Assembly: GCA_049724395.1 (NCBI GenBank)
Contig: JAUGWO010000042.1
Location: forward strand, 1 to 64,000
Direction: 5' to 3'
Length of the DNA stretch: 64,000 nt
Source of the DNA: Spongospora subterranea f. sp. subterranea
Taxonomy: Eukaryota
The notes under the pieces were generated by a model. It did not search any database. It had not been told where the DNA came from and saw nothing but the letters and a program-made list of their open reading frames with translations. Positions 1 through 12,664 of the stretch are shown here, one piece after another; position 1 is the first letter of the stretch; every line of letters starts with the position of its first letter. Position numbers and translations under genes: made by a program.

Positions 1-556
1 TATCTGGTTCGTGCATCCCGTTTGAATTATCCAGAATGCGGCGCCTCGACTTATCTTGGGATTCTAATCATCTACCCGTGGATAACTTCCGGAATGGGTT
101 TCCCAATACGGTAAGTTTTCAATTGAAATAGGGTTTACATTCCTCTGCCCTCGACTATAAGAACTGTGTTGTATGGCTCCTTCCTAACAGTTATGATAAT
201 GGCTATCAGGGAGGGGGTATTCGATTTGTTAAACGTCCTCAGTCCGACCAATCACCCATGGTATTATGTGAAGTACTGAGCGGGAATGTACGATCGTCTA
301 TCAAAACAATGTCAAAGAGCAACAATGAAGAATTTGATACAGTTATTTTCCAGGTAGGAAGACTTTCGGCATAAGGTTGGTCATTATCGCTATCAGCAAC
401 ATCTAATAGGGATCGGATGACGACCAATGGTCTTTATTGGTATCGCACCCATTCCAAGCAATTCCTCGATATCGGATCATGACCCATGCGACTCCACCCT
501 CGTCGAGTATAACCAGAAGAAGACGGACTCCAATGGAGTGCTGTATGATACAGTAG
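1..556 (+). CDS. 3' end of a protein with a divergent PARP-like (ADP-ribosyltransferase) domain and C-terminal CaaX box (5'-truncated by the window)
   Basis: Not in the ORF track. Manual translation of exon 132-353, GT-AG intron 354-409 and exon 410-556 gives GLHSS...YQGGGIRF...PMVLCEVLSG...EEFDTVIFQ|GSDDDQWSLLVSHPFQAIPRYRI...TRRRRTPMECCMIQ*. Confidence 0.55.
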
Positions 557-931
557 ACAGACTAGCAGTTCAATATATTATTCATTTGTTTACAGAGCAT
601 GAAGATATATAATCGAAACACCAAATTTGAATCGTTCAAATTCAGGACTCCAGCTAAATTCTTGTAGAGGAATAAGAAGGTACAGAATTAGAATGGGACC
701 TAATCTCTGCCGCTTGTTTGGGTGTTCAAGCGTCAGATTTGCTCATAGAGGAGTGTTGGATTTGTCAAAATCCTCAGAAACAACAGGATATAGGTTTGTT
801 TGCCATGTACTACCTACGATTTAGTTCCTTCATCACCCTGGTTGATTTGGCTGTATTGAAATCAAAAAAGTACTTGAGTCCGCCAGGTCTATTGCTCACT
901 GTTGCAATTAATATATGAGATTAGTCTCAGG

Positions 932-969
932 GTCCCATAATCACATGATGTTCTTCAGTTGGTATATAA
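932..969 (+). promoter_or_regulatory. snRNA-type promoter: upstream element GTCCCATAAT plus TATATAA
   Basis: Both motifs recur with identical spacing in front of the second U3 copy, while the intervening sequence differs. Confidence 0.75.
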
Positions 970-995
970 GGACTGACAATTGGTTGTTGATGATC

Positions 996-1220
996 AAGAT
1001 CATACTTGTACAGGATCACTTCTATAGTGATTTCACCTGTCTAGTCATTCCCAAAAATGACAGATCTACCCAACCTGGACGATGATCAATAGGTGCTCTC
1101 GCTTAGCGTGAGGCTGGGCTCTGTTCCATATCATATCATGATAGGAATGGGCGCCCACGATGACCGTATTACTTGCCATCATTCCGGCTTGTGATTGCGG
1201 GAGCACCATTCTGACAGGTT
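996..1220 (+). ncRNA. U3: U3 snoRNA (copy 1)
   Basis: AAGATCATACTT (box A'), GGATCACTTCTATAG (box A), GACGATGA (C'), TAGCGTGA (B), CGATGA (C), CTGA (D), terminal stem AACCTG/CAGGTT; 225 nt, colinear with known U3. Confidence 0.92.
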
Positions 1221-1436
1221 CATCATATCAAACCCAATAACTAATCAAAACGAAACGGATGGATATCAGTGATAATTTCCCTTTGATGTTGAGATTGATA
1301 AATAGGGGTATTGTTTTCATTAATCTCGTTATTCCCCGATTGGCCAACGTATGATTCCCTCCCTAATGCCGCTGTAGCAGTTATGGGCCGACCCTCCCTT
1401 GTGTCCCTTCCTTAATCGTCCCATTGTATCTCCGTG

Positions 1437-2426
1437 ATGAGTTCTGATCAACAAGATGAACCCGGGCCCGGCCCATTATCCGGTCTAGGACGGTTCACCT
1501 CTGGGTTTGGATGGAACCAAGCCACCAATTTCGTAAAGGCATTGGCGACAGATGTCGGTATGTACTGCTCGAGACTTAACCAGATGTCTATTATCGACCC
1601 TACATTGTCAGAAATATTTGTCGACACATTATCCAATGAAAATAGCGAATTGATTGACGATGTGAAAACGACATCGCTGAATGTTGCCGCTAATATTCGT
1701 CAAACTATAGCCGATGTTCACAAAGGGAATATTTGGGATGCCATAACCCGACACGAACCTGGATTTCAAGAACAGGCAAAATCAACAGTGTCGAAAGGAT
1801 TAGAAGCTGGAGCTGGTTTAGAACAGCACATTTTGCTATTACAGAATGATATATCTACTTATATCGACGTTCGAGAATACTCTTCTGATCGGATTCTGGT
1901 TGTTAACGATGGTATTAGGATCCCGTTTCTTCAGAGTGTAATCCAGATGTGGAAGAACGATTCAGGTGTTTTCGTAAATCGTTTCAGCTTGATGAACAGG
2001 TAAACTCAGATATTATGAACTCATCTCCTCTTGTAATGGCTTTTTACAATGAGCTAGGTACGAATTTTGAGCTTCGTTGAACGTTCATGGTCTGATCAGT
2101 CCAGTTTAGTGCCAGGAAAGGCGTCCGAGGAACTGTTCTGGATGCGATATAACTTCCGTCTCGCTGAAGCGAAAGGGGAAGCTGCACGTCGAGAGCGTCT
2201 TCTGGAAAACATTACCGAGGCCATCGATGATAGGTTGCACGATTTGAATCTGACCTGGGCTGAAGACGACCAGGATCATGATGAAAATGAACCAGTTCCT
2301 CAGGCAGAATCACTTCCTGCGACTGAATCGCCAACATTGTCCGAGACAGCGGCGGAAGAACCCTTGCAGACGATGACCAGTTCTGAAGTCACAACGGATC
2401 AAGGAGACTGGGACGATTGGTCGTGA
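1437..2426 (+). CDS. Hypothetical protein with acidic C-terminus, two exons
   Basis: ORFs 1434-2003 and 2067-2426 joined by a plausible GT-AG intron at ~2000-2057. Confidence 0.6.
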
Positions 2427-3058
2427 TCAGTGAAATATGGTGCAACCTTATCAGTTCATATCAATATTATTTAGCTAGTCGAGTCCCATTGACAAGCGCC
2501 TACTTATTTCGGTCAGAATGTTCATTGATGCTATTCAACATCCGTTTGATGGTTCGAGATTTGTAGAGATTCGAAAAGTAATCCATAGTTTCATCCTGAG
2601 TACCAACTTAATTTTGCTCTCAGTGCTGTGTGTTGACTCAAATTTGCCATTCTCAGCAAGTTGATGAAGAGTTGACATCACGTGGCGTTCATCATGGCCA
2701 ATTTCAGCAGCTCTGACTCTGACAGAGACCTTGAATTGATTGTTGCTGCTTTTGTTGCCTTCTGAATACTTCAACGTTCAAAATTTTGATGATGTTGGAC
2801 ACGACGGTGCCGACGGTTCGTGAATATTTAGCGACAATCCGGTCCACACCTTATCCATCAAACGGTATAGTGACAAAGCTGGTTTCGATCTCATTGTGTC
2901 CGAACCCGCGTGTGCTACTTCATTGCTGGGGACCTGGAGTTTAAACCCTTTTCCATGTCTTTGATGGAGCTCCTGTCAACGTTCTGTTCAATCAGCGCGT
3001 CAGTATGATGACTCTGATTAGAGGTGTCTGATTGAAGAGCAGTCCAGGCAACTGTATG

Positions 3059-3510
3059 TTAGAAAACAAGAGCCTTAAATAGACTCGACCAACCACTCAG
3101 ATCATCATATTGTTCGAGTTTTATGGAAACGGGTGCCAAAATGCACATTGAGTAGATGTGGCACAATGAAGATCGTCTGTTGTATTCTGCAGCGATATCT
3201 TTTGTCCCCTTCTTTCTGCTGCTGGGTTTGTTAAGGTCGCCACGTATGCCCATCTGATGGGTGTCAAGCGATTCTGTTTAAGCACGTTCCAACCGGTTGA
3301 GGGGTCTTTCTTGGATGTCCTTCATCATAGACCGCATTCTCGCTCATCATGAGCAGCGTCTCGGGCCGAGGATGCCCTCCACGAATCAAATACATCTGTA
3401 TTCAATTCGCCAACAAAGAGTGTAATTAAACTGATAGGGTAAATTGCATATAAATCTTCGTATTTAGCTTTTACGAGGTGAAAACCAGCTGTAGACGCAT
3501 TGAAAATGGG
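3059..3510 (-). mobile_element. Possible degenerate Mutator-like transposase fragment
   Basis: Interrupted frames with NASTAGFHLVKAKY (resembles MULE NNxxEGFHxxLK) and LCHIYSMC (SWIM-like). Confidence 0.3.
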
Positions 3511-4423
3511 CCTACAGAATTGACTTGATCAAAGAGATTCGGAGAAATACGACAAAATACAGCAAGGATGCCTGCGCATGGGGCATCGCGAAGGACAATT
3601 TCGTTGGTTGCAAAATGACTGTCTACAGAAGACTGAATGTTTCAACAGGTATTCATCCGTTGTATTAAAAACAACGAATGAACTACAACCGTAACACTGT
3701 ACAAGGGATACCTCCGCATACTCTGACAGAGACTTAAGTTGGAGCTGGCACGTCGGTAGACACCGGGTTGACTTTCCCTCCAACAAGACTGAAGTTGTGA
3801 AAAAAATTGAGGAGATGGCGCCTGGTCCATCAACTCCGAATTCAACAACAGATAAGAATCTGGTGGAAAAACAGGGACTGATTTGCGGTGACGATGAGGT
3901 TTCAGAATACACTGGTCCTGGAGGAGGTAAAGGAGGCGAAAGCGGACGTCAAGAGATGATGGCGGAGGCAAAGGAGATGATGGAGCACAACGAATCAAGC
4001 GCGAGAGCCAGGACATGTTTTTTCCAAAGAGAAACCTCACAAATAAATGAACAGTACACAAGTTGCCCTTTTTTCAAGTAATTGACTTTGAATAGATCAG
4101 CGTTAATTCGGCGCAATGGTAAAGGTTCGGCCTGTATCAAGGCTGGTGCAAGTCCAAACAATAATTATCGTGCTGGAAGCTCCAGATGCCCGTATAATGC
4201 CCCAACATGACTAAATCAGAGAACACATACATTGATTCAGTAAAATCCGTTTATGCAATTTGATAAGATTATAATATTTGAGATTATTCACGGCACTTGA
4301 GAGAGAATACAATGCAAACTCTTAATTGATTCTGAGCCGCATCAATTAAGAATGTCGGTTTTGATGTAATATTCTCTGTTTACCAAGACGATCACTATTC
4401 CACTAATTTGTACACTATTTTCC

Positions 4424-7224
4424 GTGGCAAGAACTAATAACCACAGTGCTCCGTTACGTTCTACCGGCACCTGCGCGGACTGCTGGGTGACCCCGTCGTC
4501 GGTAAACCCGGCATTGACGTTCATTGACTTCATACGTCGTTCGGGATCACTGTATGTCGTTCTGACCCTATCCATTCTGGCTAGAGTCGCTGATTTGAGG
4601 ACCAATCCGGCAGAAAAATCGGGGGAAACCGTGACCGATGCCACTTATTTCTACTTCAGACATGGATATTTGCTGACTTCAGCAGTTTACTATGTGCTGT
4701 TAAATCTCGGGTTTAACTGTTCAACATCACGGGCTCTTTTTTCCTGCCTACTGAATATGATTGTGGCCGCAATCTGTTCACTGCAACTTTCAACTCGCGA
4801 ACAGGAGCTGCAACGGATTGAGCTGTGTTTTGATGCAGTCATGGACTTCTCAGAGGCGCAAGGGAACGGATTCATCAAGTCATATGCGACCATCATTGGT
4901 TCATTTATGAACACTCATGCTAGTGGACGAAAACTTTGAGTAAGAGAGCCAACCGGTTCGTTAAGGGATGCTATGTACATTTTCTCAGCTCTGCTGAACG
5001 GCTCAACCGCAACTACTCTTTTGTCGGGAAGAACGATAATGGTGCATTTATGGCAAAAGTTCGAAAGCTCATTCAGGAGCCCGTGATTGAGGTGTTTAAT
5101 TCGACGTTTCAGGAATTACTGTCAAAATCCCAACGCCACCAAATGGTTTGAATGGTGGCTTCGTGACGCGGTTGCTAGGCTTATATTTGCATACAAATCG
5201 TGCACTGGTCAAGAATTCGAAGAAATGCCTGCAGTGATTCGAACCCCCATGCTTTTGACATTTTTGTCAGATTGCGGATCGCAAAAATTCGCTTGTGTAT
5301 TGAATGTCAATCTTGACGATGTTCTCGGAGTCGTTACGACAAGATTTCGAGGATGTCGCATCTGGCGTAACCGTTCACTACGGGCAAGCTGAACGATGGA
5401 AAAGGCAGATCGATGATTACGGCAGAAAATCGCCGGTTGTTGTTCGCAACCGAAAACTTGCCAATGATGGGCGAGCCCTGACTCATTCAAAGAATTAGTT
5501 GGCGCGGACAAAATAGTATCGAATGCTAAATTAGGTCGCCCCAAAGGAAGTCGTAACATTGATAGAAATGCACTTACTACGTATCAAAGTTATCGCCATG
5601 ACAATAATACGTGCTACATCACGTCCCTGTTAGAATGTTTATTTGCTTGTTTCAAGGCTTGCCATATACGCAGATTGATCGTTAAATTTGTGAGATTCTA
5701 ACTCTTAACTCTATGTCACTCAGATGAATGCAATGCTGTTTCCTGGCTGTTATGAACCTTTAATCAAAATGATTGGTCATTTCAAATCTGAGGCGTCGTC
5801 AGATACGAATATTACTGGACTGCTCAAATCCGGTCTTAGTCAAGTTGTCGGTACATGACCGAAAACTTTTCCGTTCAGGCCAGTTTGGTAATCCTGCCAC
5901 CGTTTTGCAAGCACTATTTCAAGTGGATGATCCAGCAATATTCGTATATCCACTTGAAACAGTGCTTGCAAAACGGTGGCAGGATTACCAAACTGGCCTG
6001 AACGGAAAAGTTTTCGGTCATGTACCACGAACTCGACAACTTGACTGAGACCGGATTTGAGCAGTCCAGTAATATTCGTATCTGACGACGCCTCGGACCT
6101 GATTTGAAAATGAACAGTTATTTTAATGAAACGTTCATAACAGCCAGGAAACAGCAAAGCATTCATCTGAGTGACATAGAGTTGAGAGTTAGAATCGCAC
6201 AAATTTAACAATCAATACAGGGCAAGCTGTACAGGGCAAGCTTTGAAAAAAGCAAATAAACATTCCAACAAAGACGTGATGTAGCACGTATTATTGTCAT
6301 GGCAACTAATGTTTCGAATTGCGCCTAAGTGTTTTTTTAGCGCTCTCTGGTCTGTGGCGCTGGACATGAAAATAGTTACTCTGAAAGGAGTTTGCCTTCT
6401 ATGGTATGTTGATTGGGAAGAGTCTTGTATTGGCGATTATCGATGAAATTGCAATCTTCAGGAGATTTCTGCGTTGATGGTCGCGCAACTAGAAGACAAT
6501 TCCCGATATTCTTTGATTCGGTGGTCAACAACTGGCATTGACGACTGGATGCCGAGGGGCTGAAATTGCTGCCATTTGAAAGGAATTCACTGCAAACTAA
6601 AGTAAAGTTATCGAACAAGGTGCTGTTCATTGAAATAGGTATGGACATTGAGAGTGTACAGCTCCGCCTGAAACCATGAGTGTGGACGGTCGTGATTTCT
6701 AGTTGATGGGCCGCATTTACTCATCTAAAGACTGGGGCTGCCATTTTTTTGCAATTGTTGGAAGAAACGACGTTCCGCTGGAGGGTTTCTATATCTATGA
6801 TGACCTGATCAAACAGTGGACGTGCACCATATCATTCCCTAAAATCTCCCGGAGCAGTGCAACCTGTCAAGGTATCTCATCTACACTCTACAACAGGGAA
6901 CTGCTGGTATTGTTAACTTATTCTCCCACAGAAACGGTGGATAACCTGAACAGTTTTGTTGCCGTTACAAAACTCAATGAAAGGACAAATACAGCAGTCG
7001 TTTCGAAGGTGTGCAAAGAGACCCTCAGAACTTGTTCCAATTGCCTACAGACGGGCCACACCAGGAGATCAAAATCTTGTCCCAAAACTTATGAAATAAT
7101 TTCAACAACATCGACGAACGAAGAAGTCGACTGCGATATCAGCCCTTTCATCAAGTTTTTAACAACGGCATCGAACCGTCCAGAGTGTCCAGCCTTCTGC
7201 AGAGTTTGTCCGATATTTGGTTAA
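4424..7224 (+). mobile_element. Decayed Mutator-like (DDE) DNA transposon with USP-like peptidase and zinc-knuckle remnants
   Basis: In order: TVTDATYFYFRHGYLLTS, AVMDFSEAQGNGF, VKGCYVHF (CxxH), WFEWWLR...LIF, HDNNTCYITSLLECLF (Cys box), LMGRIYS...GCHFFAIV...FYIYDD (His box), CSNCLQTGHTRRSKSCP. Many stops and frameshifts. Confidence 0.6.
5595..6303. repeat. Long palindrome (~335-355 bp arms, ~17 bp loop near 5929-5945)
   Basis: GCCATGACAATAATACGTGC...CAAGTGGAT is mirrored by ATCCACTTG...GCACGTATTATTGTCATGGC. Confidence 0.95.
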
Positions 7225-7742
7225 CTTGTCTAAGCGTTTCAATTTCCCGAGTGAGTCTTCGCTATACATCAAGCTCCACGAACGAGCCAAAGTCGTATTG
7301 CTGGACTACGGCCTCCACCAGTCATTTGTATGGCGGGGCCTCTAATTTAATCCCAATGATTGAATCCAGTCTTTTGAACGTCATGACTGGTAATTAGGAT
7401 CCAGTCTTTTCTGTTACGACACAATCATCCCGCCTTCTCCTAATACGTCAAGGATCTCCCAGAGGACCTATGCTCATCCCAAATGGGGGAAACAAACGAC
7501 TGGATTCTAAGACTGACACGCACTTTTTGATCCAGTCTTTTCTAGTGGTCCATTGAAAATCCATTGGGTCGGTTGAGTCGGTTGCATGACGCGCTAGTGT
7601 TGTATACCCGTAGAATATTTATAGCCCATAAGTGGCGTCGAGAAATGCTCTAGCTGGCGCGGGTCGTATCGTATGGGGTATCTGTATCTTATCTTTTGTT
7701 GAGATCACAATACACCTCAAACACAGGAATCTCCCCTGACAT

Positions 7743-9148
7743 ATGCCGACTGACTCAATACCATGTCGTCAGGGAATTCTGATTGCGTTTTGTCTGCTGC
7801 AGGGGTTGGCCATGGTCTGGGCATTATCCTGGATGATGTCTGATGACGTCGTCACGAAGAAACCCGTCAAATCTGCCCCAAAACACTCCACATATCTATG
7901 TGTTGGAGAGAATTACCATACAGATTTCATGGAAATACAAGAGCTGTCATTTTCAGGATATCTGCTACGATGGCACTAATTTTTCCTTTTACATCGATCC
8001 ACAATATCCTATTTCAATTCCTGCCGTTAATGAGCTCGCTGTCTCCGTTAGCACTCTAGGTGTCACTCATAGTGCGATCAAGTTTGCTCCAGAAGTAGTT
8101 GTCGGCAGTTTCCCACACGATCCTGTTTGGGCGGATGAAATCGATGACACTGACCTTCATGTTTTAGCTGTGGAATACAACGGTTCTAATTTTGGACACG
8201 TTCTTGGCGATAGTCTTCTGCCATGGTGGCGTTTACTTGACATGTTCGGTTTGATGGAAGGCGATTATCCGTTTCGGCCAATTCATATGATGATTGAGCC
8301 ACCGTTCACTTATTCGTATGTTTGATTTTTACCAAAGCAAATAGCACCACACTGATAAATGATTGAGCAGTTGCGAATGGCAGATAAGGGCTGGATGGAT
8401 TTCTGACATGTCGTTCTGCGGCCGACTCTATGAAAAGATCGCCCAACCGTTCTCACATCGGGCTTTAGTTTTCCTGCAGCAGCATTACTCGATGGCGACC
8501 AACGAAAAGCCTATCTGTTTTCAAAATCTGGTGACCGGCATTGGGATGCTGTCCGACCATGGCCATGACCATAGTGTTCACGGGCGTAATACCGAAGCCT
8601 TGGATATTCACATGGTTGGTGGGGGACCTATCCTCTGGAAGTTTCGCTCGCTTTACATGCAACGAATTGGTCTGTCCAGCACAGTTAAACCGATCCCGGG
8701 CTTGTACGATGTTGTGTTCGTGGATAGATCATCTGCCCATCGTAGCTGGTTCGATACTCACGAGGCGTATTCCAGGATTAGCGAGCGCGTTGCGCCGATC
8801 GGCGCCCACGTTTCTTCACCGATTGATTTCTCAAAATTAACTATCAAAGAGCAGATTGAGATCGTGTCAAGAACTCAGGTGCTGATCTGCTTTCCAGGCG
8901 GATCTTCGTACATCGCCCTGTTTTTACCACGTGGCGCAACTCTGATCTTCGTCTTCGCCCTCTCGCACCTGAGTGATGGGCGCCAGGACTATCCGCTTCA
9001 CAACAACATGGCACATATCCATGTCGCAGGTGGCTGGAAGGTCAAAAAGGCGAAAATACAGGGCAGGTGTTCTATAATGTGACGCACCTCGAACAGGAAG
9101 TCGAGCTAGCATTGGTCAGGGCTCGAAGGAGTACACCTCCATTATAGC
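7743..9148 (+). CDS. Glycosyltransferase family 61 (DUF563-like), type II membrane protein; apparent frameshifts near 7925 and 9045
   Basis: N-terminal TM segment, CVGENY...WKYKSCHF, NFGHVLGD, LTIKEQIEIVSRTQVLICFPGGSSYIALFLPRGA; intron ~8315-8369. Confidence 0.75.
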
Positions 9149-9288
9149 ATAGAATACTGAATATACCAATCTATATCTGATGAGTAGAAGAATGTGTCAA
9201 ACTAGGACCAAATCATTGCAAAGCGTAGGTTTCCGCAGCAATATAGATATAATTTTATGTATAAATACGAAATATCGATGAGTAAATA

Positions 9289-12200
9289 TCATAGTTTTGC
9301 ACAATTCGAAGAATAGGACCCTTGATGTAAAACCAAAACTTGCCTCGACTCAAACTGAAATGATATTCTGTCAGTGGCAATGCTACTCACTGTGTCCATC
9401 ATTACTTCAGCGAGATGAATTGCGGGAACTGTAAGAGAGCCACATGCAACCGGAACCAGCTTTCCCTTGATCACGACGCCATTATTCAGGTTCACTCGGC
9501 CTATAACTTTTCCAGAAAACATCCATTGCTCATGATCGACAATGACTTTGTAAATAATATCCCGATTATCGTTCATGGTCGGAGTCGACGCAGCCGACCT
9601 CGGCGCACGGGTGACATGGAATGAAAAATCCATCATCTCCCCGATGAGGCAATTAGATTGGCACCGAACCACGACATTGTACGACGGAAGCTGGTCAGCT
9701 GCCTTTAGTTTTACAGGAAAATCCAACGAAGTCGATAATCCGTTTGATGGCAAACATTGCAGGCGAAAATGACCGCTGGATGCAAAATCCTCAAAAAATG
9801 TCGGATCATTAATGTCACCTTCATCTTTATGACTGGATTCGAGGATCTCGAAAACGAAAGAAAACCCTGAATTAGCAGGTACCACTGATTTTCCTGATAT
9901 GGGAAAGTTATGGTCTACAAATTCGTAAGGCCCAGGATGGAAAGAGTATGACTCTAAGCCGACAGGTGAATCCGATGAACATGTAAATATGAGTTGGAGG
10001 AACGTCCTGTCGCAAACGGATTGCGTTGAATGTGACATCACCAACGGGCTGGAGAACGCGACTGGAACAGTTTTCGAAATGGATAATGTGCTGGACTTTA
10101 CAGTGTAGGACAATGATGCAGTGACCATGTGTTGCAAGTTGTTTTCGTCAGGTGGTAGAATCTCGAGTTGATATTTCAGTTCAGAGCCAGTGTCACAATC
10201 AGGAAGATCAATTCGACCATCCACGAACGGGACTATGCTAATAGTTTCAATGCCTAACCCAGATCCCGAAGACGTGACTTTGATTTCATGATTTTCACGG
10301 AAGGCCAAACTCGAACGGGACTGAACGGTCATCGAAACGTTAGTCATCACGTCGAAATTCGAACTGATTACAATTTGCATAGGAACAAGTTTTCCAAGAA
10401 TAGGATTGTCGCAAAGGACATGGACAGATAATGAGGCAGTAGGTTTCCGTTGAAGAATGTGAATGTCGTTCCAGCGATCGATATCCCGATCAGGCTTAAA
10501 CTCCAATTCAAGCTTGTGCAAATTAAAAGTCACGGAAGTTGGAGAAAAAACTCCAGCTGACGCGAATCTTATAGCGGAGAACGAGATATTATTGGCTCCT
10601 TTGAAAACGGTGATGTCAAACACTTCGCAGACCGGCGCTGCCGCAATTGATTCGAAAGAGAGCCATACTCGCGATATCAGAAGGTCATATTCGCAAAATG
10701 AATGAAGGCATATGATTAGATCCGTTGACTCCCCAACAAACAAATCACAGTCGCACGCAGAGTGCAATCCGTTTCTTGCGTCCTTAAGTTTTACGCTTGA
10801 GACCTCGAGAATAGATCCAGAAGGGCGCTGAAAGAATGCTACTGAAACGTTCATTTTCATGCGCTGTAGAAACTAAAAGCGGGCAGTCAGGCACCTTCGC
10901 ATTGCTATAGGATTCAAAAAGTACCTCGTGGATAAACTTCTTGGCAATCCCATGAAGTCCGGGATGCGCTGCCGTATCAATACGAAACAATCTGATGGAT
11001 GCGTCGATGTAGCCTTGGAAGTCTTTCAAACAATGCATACATTGGGCTGCCATTAGCGTGTTAGGAAGATTGACATGGGACCAGCAACTTCTGATGTTAA
11101 TACGCGCTCCGTGTTGGAAAAATGAAAGGGCCCGTGATACGTCACCTTTCCTGTACAGTACAATGCCAATTCGGTAAGAAAATCCAGCAGAGAATCTCTT
11201 GCGTCCAATCACTGAAAACGCACTTTGAACTGCATGGCCGAAAGACAAATACGTATTCAGAAACGGCTCTCGAGAACTGAGCGCAATTTGTAAACCATTA
11301 AAGTCAACACCGATATTGTTAGATGCGGTGGTATCACCGGGTAAAACGGTCACAGAAGGAAGTAAAAATGCGTTATTCTCAATCCGAAAGTCGACAAAAT
11401 TCGAAGAAACCCCGATTTTCTCAATTGTGGAAAACGCCATAGAAAGCAACTGTGCGGATCCGAATCCCAAAGATAAGGGGGGTGAAGGAGCATCTCCGCA
11501 CAATCGCGCAATGGCTGTCGTAACAAGAACTGTTGTTATGCAGCGCTTTGTAGAATCGGCAAAACGCGTCACACTGGCAATAAAACATTCCGTCCTAGCG
11601 ATAATTTCTTCGTACTTGCCCATCAAAAGTAATAAGTGAATTTGTCGAGAAAAAATATATGAGGCATAATCGTCGCTGAAGGGGGAAGGAGGTAGCGGCG
11701 GCGGCTTATCGAAAACGAATCCGACCATCCAATCTATGTCTTTGGGCTGGGGGGACCACGGTAGCTCCAATGCATTCAAGCATGGCGTCAAGCTCATCGA
11801 ACTGTCGTAGGGCATCATCCACTAAAAGTAACTCCTTATAAAAAAGAGAATAGGATCCCTTCAATTCACAATATGATGTAAATTCGACCGACTTTCCTCG
11901 CTGCTGAAGAGCTCGTAGTTTAGTTTCAAATTCAACGCTGCGTCTTTCACAGGTTTTGACAATACACCTGCACAAAATGAGATACAATGAGATGGACATC
12001 TCTGAGCATTCCAATATCGTTTTACCATTTAATCGCATTCATCAACTTGTCTGTCTGCAACGTATCTTGATGTGTATTCTGTTCAACCATATCCAGAAGA
12101 ACAACTTGCCCTTGACCGGAAGAAATTTTATCGGAGAGATCTGTTTCGATTTTCTCGAGAACTTTCCTTGTAGGGCGAGACCCTCTGGAAAGCGAAACAA

Positions 12201-12516
12201 CTCCATCTGTGCCAAGCGATACGAGGATAATCAACCATGACTGACTTTGGACCACTATATCCAGCAGGAATCCATCAATAAGACTACGATGACGACGGTA
12301 TCCGTCATTGTCGTCACATAAGAACAGGAGAATTGAAATGGCAGGCGAAGGTGATCTCATAGGTTCAAGCTCAAAGATCAGCTCGACAAATGGGATGACC
12401 TTAAAAACACCAGTTGGATCTTTCCATTGCAGTTCGGTCAAAGGTAGATGTTGAACGAGACGTGTACGAACGATTTCCCAGAGACCGGACGGGTCACGAA
12501 CACAAGCAATGACCAT
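9289..12516 (-). CDS. TRAPPC10: TRAPP II subunit TRAPPC10/Trs130-like
   Basis: DPSGLW...HLPLTELQWK, DDALRQFDEL, YIFSRQ..LL, GRKRFSA, C-terminal WMFSGK...LVPVACGSLTVP; intron ~11968-12025; apparent frameshifts near 11775 and 10861. Confidence 0.8.
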
Positions 12517-12664
12517 ATACAATCAGTGATCCGAACCATGCTTCACAAGCAACTCGATCAGTGACTCAATTAGAAATACCACGTCGTGGCTATGGACATA
12601 CCGATTGATATGACTTCAACTTCGATATGAAATCGAACGCAATTTAGATCAGAAGGACTAATAA

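Noticed and set aside
971..1253. 280 bp dispersed repeat (also at 31769-32052) as a SINE or solo LTR
   Set aside because: Fully explained as U3 snoRNA genes with conserved flanks.
5773..6211. Two similar ORFs on opposite strands
   Set aside because: Consequence of the palindrome, not two genes.
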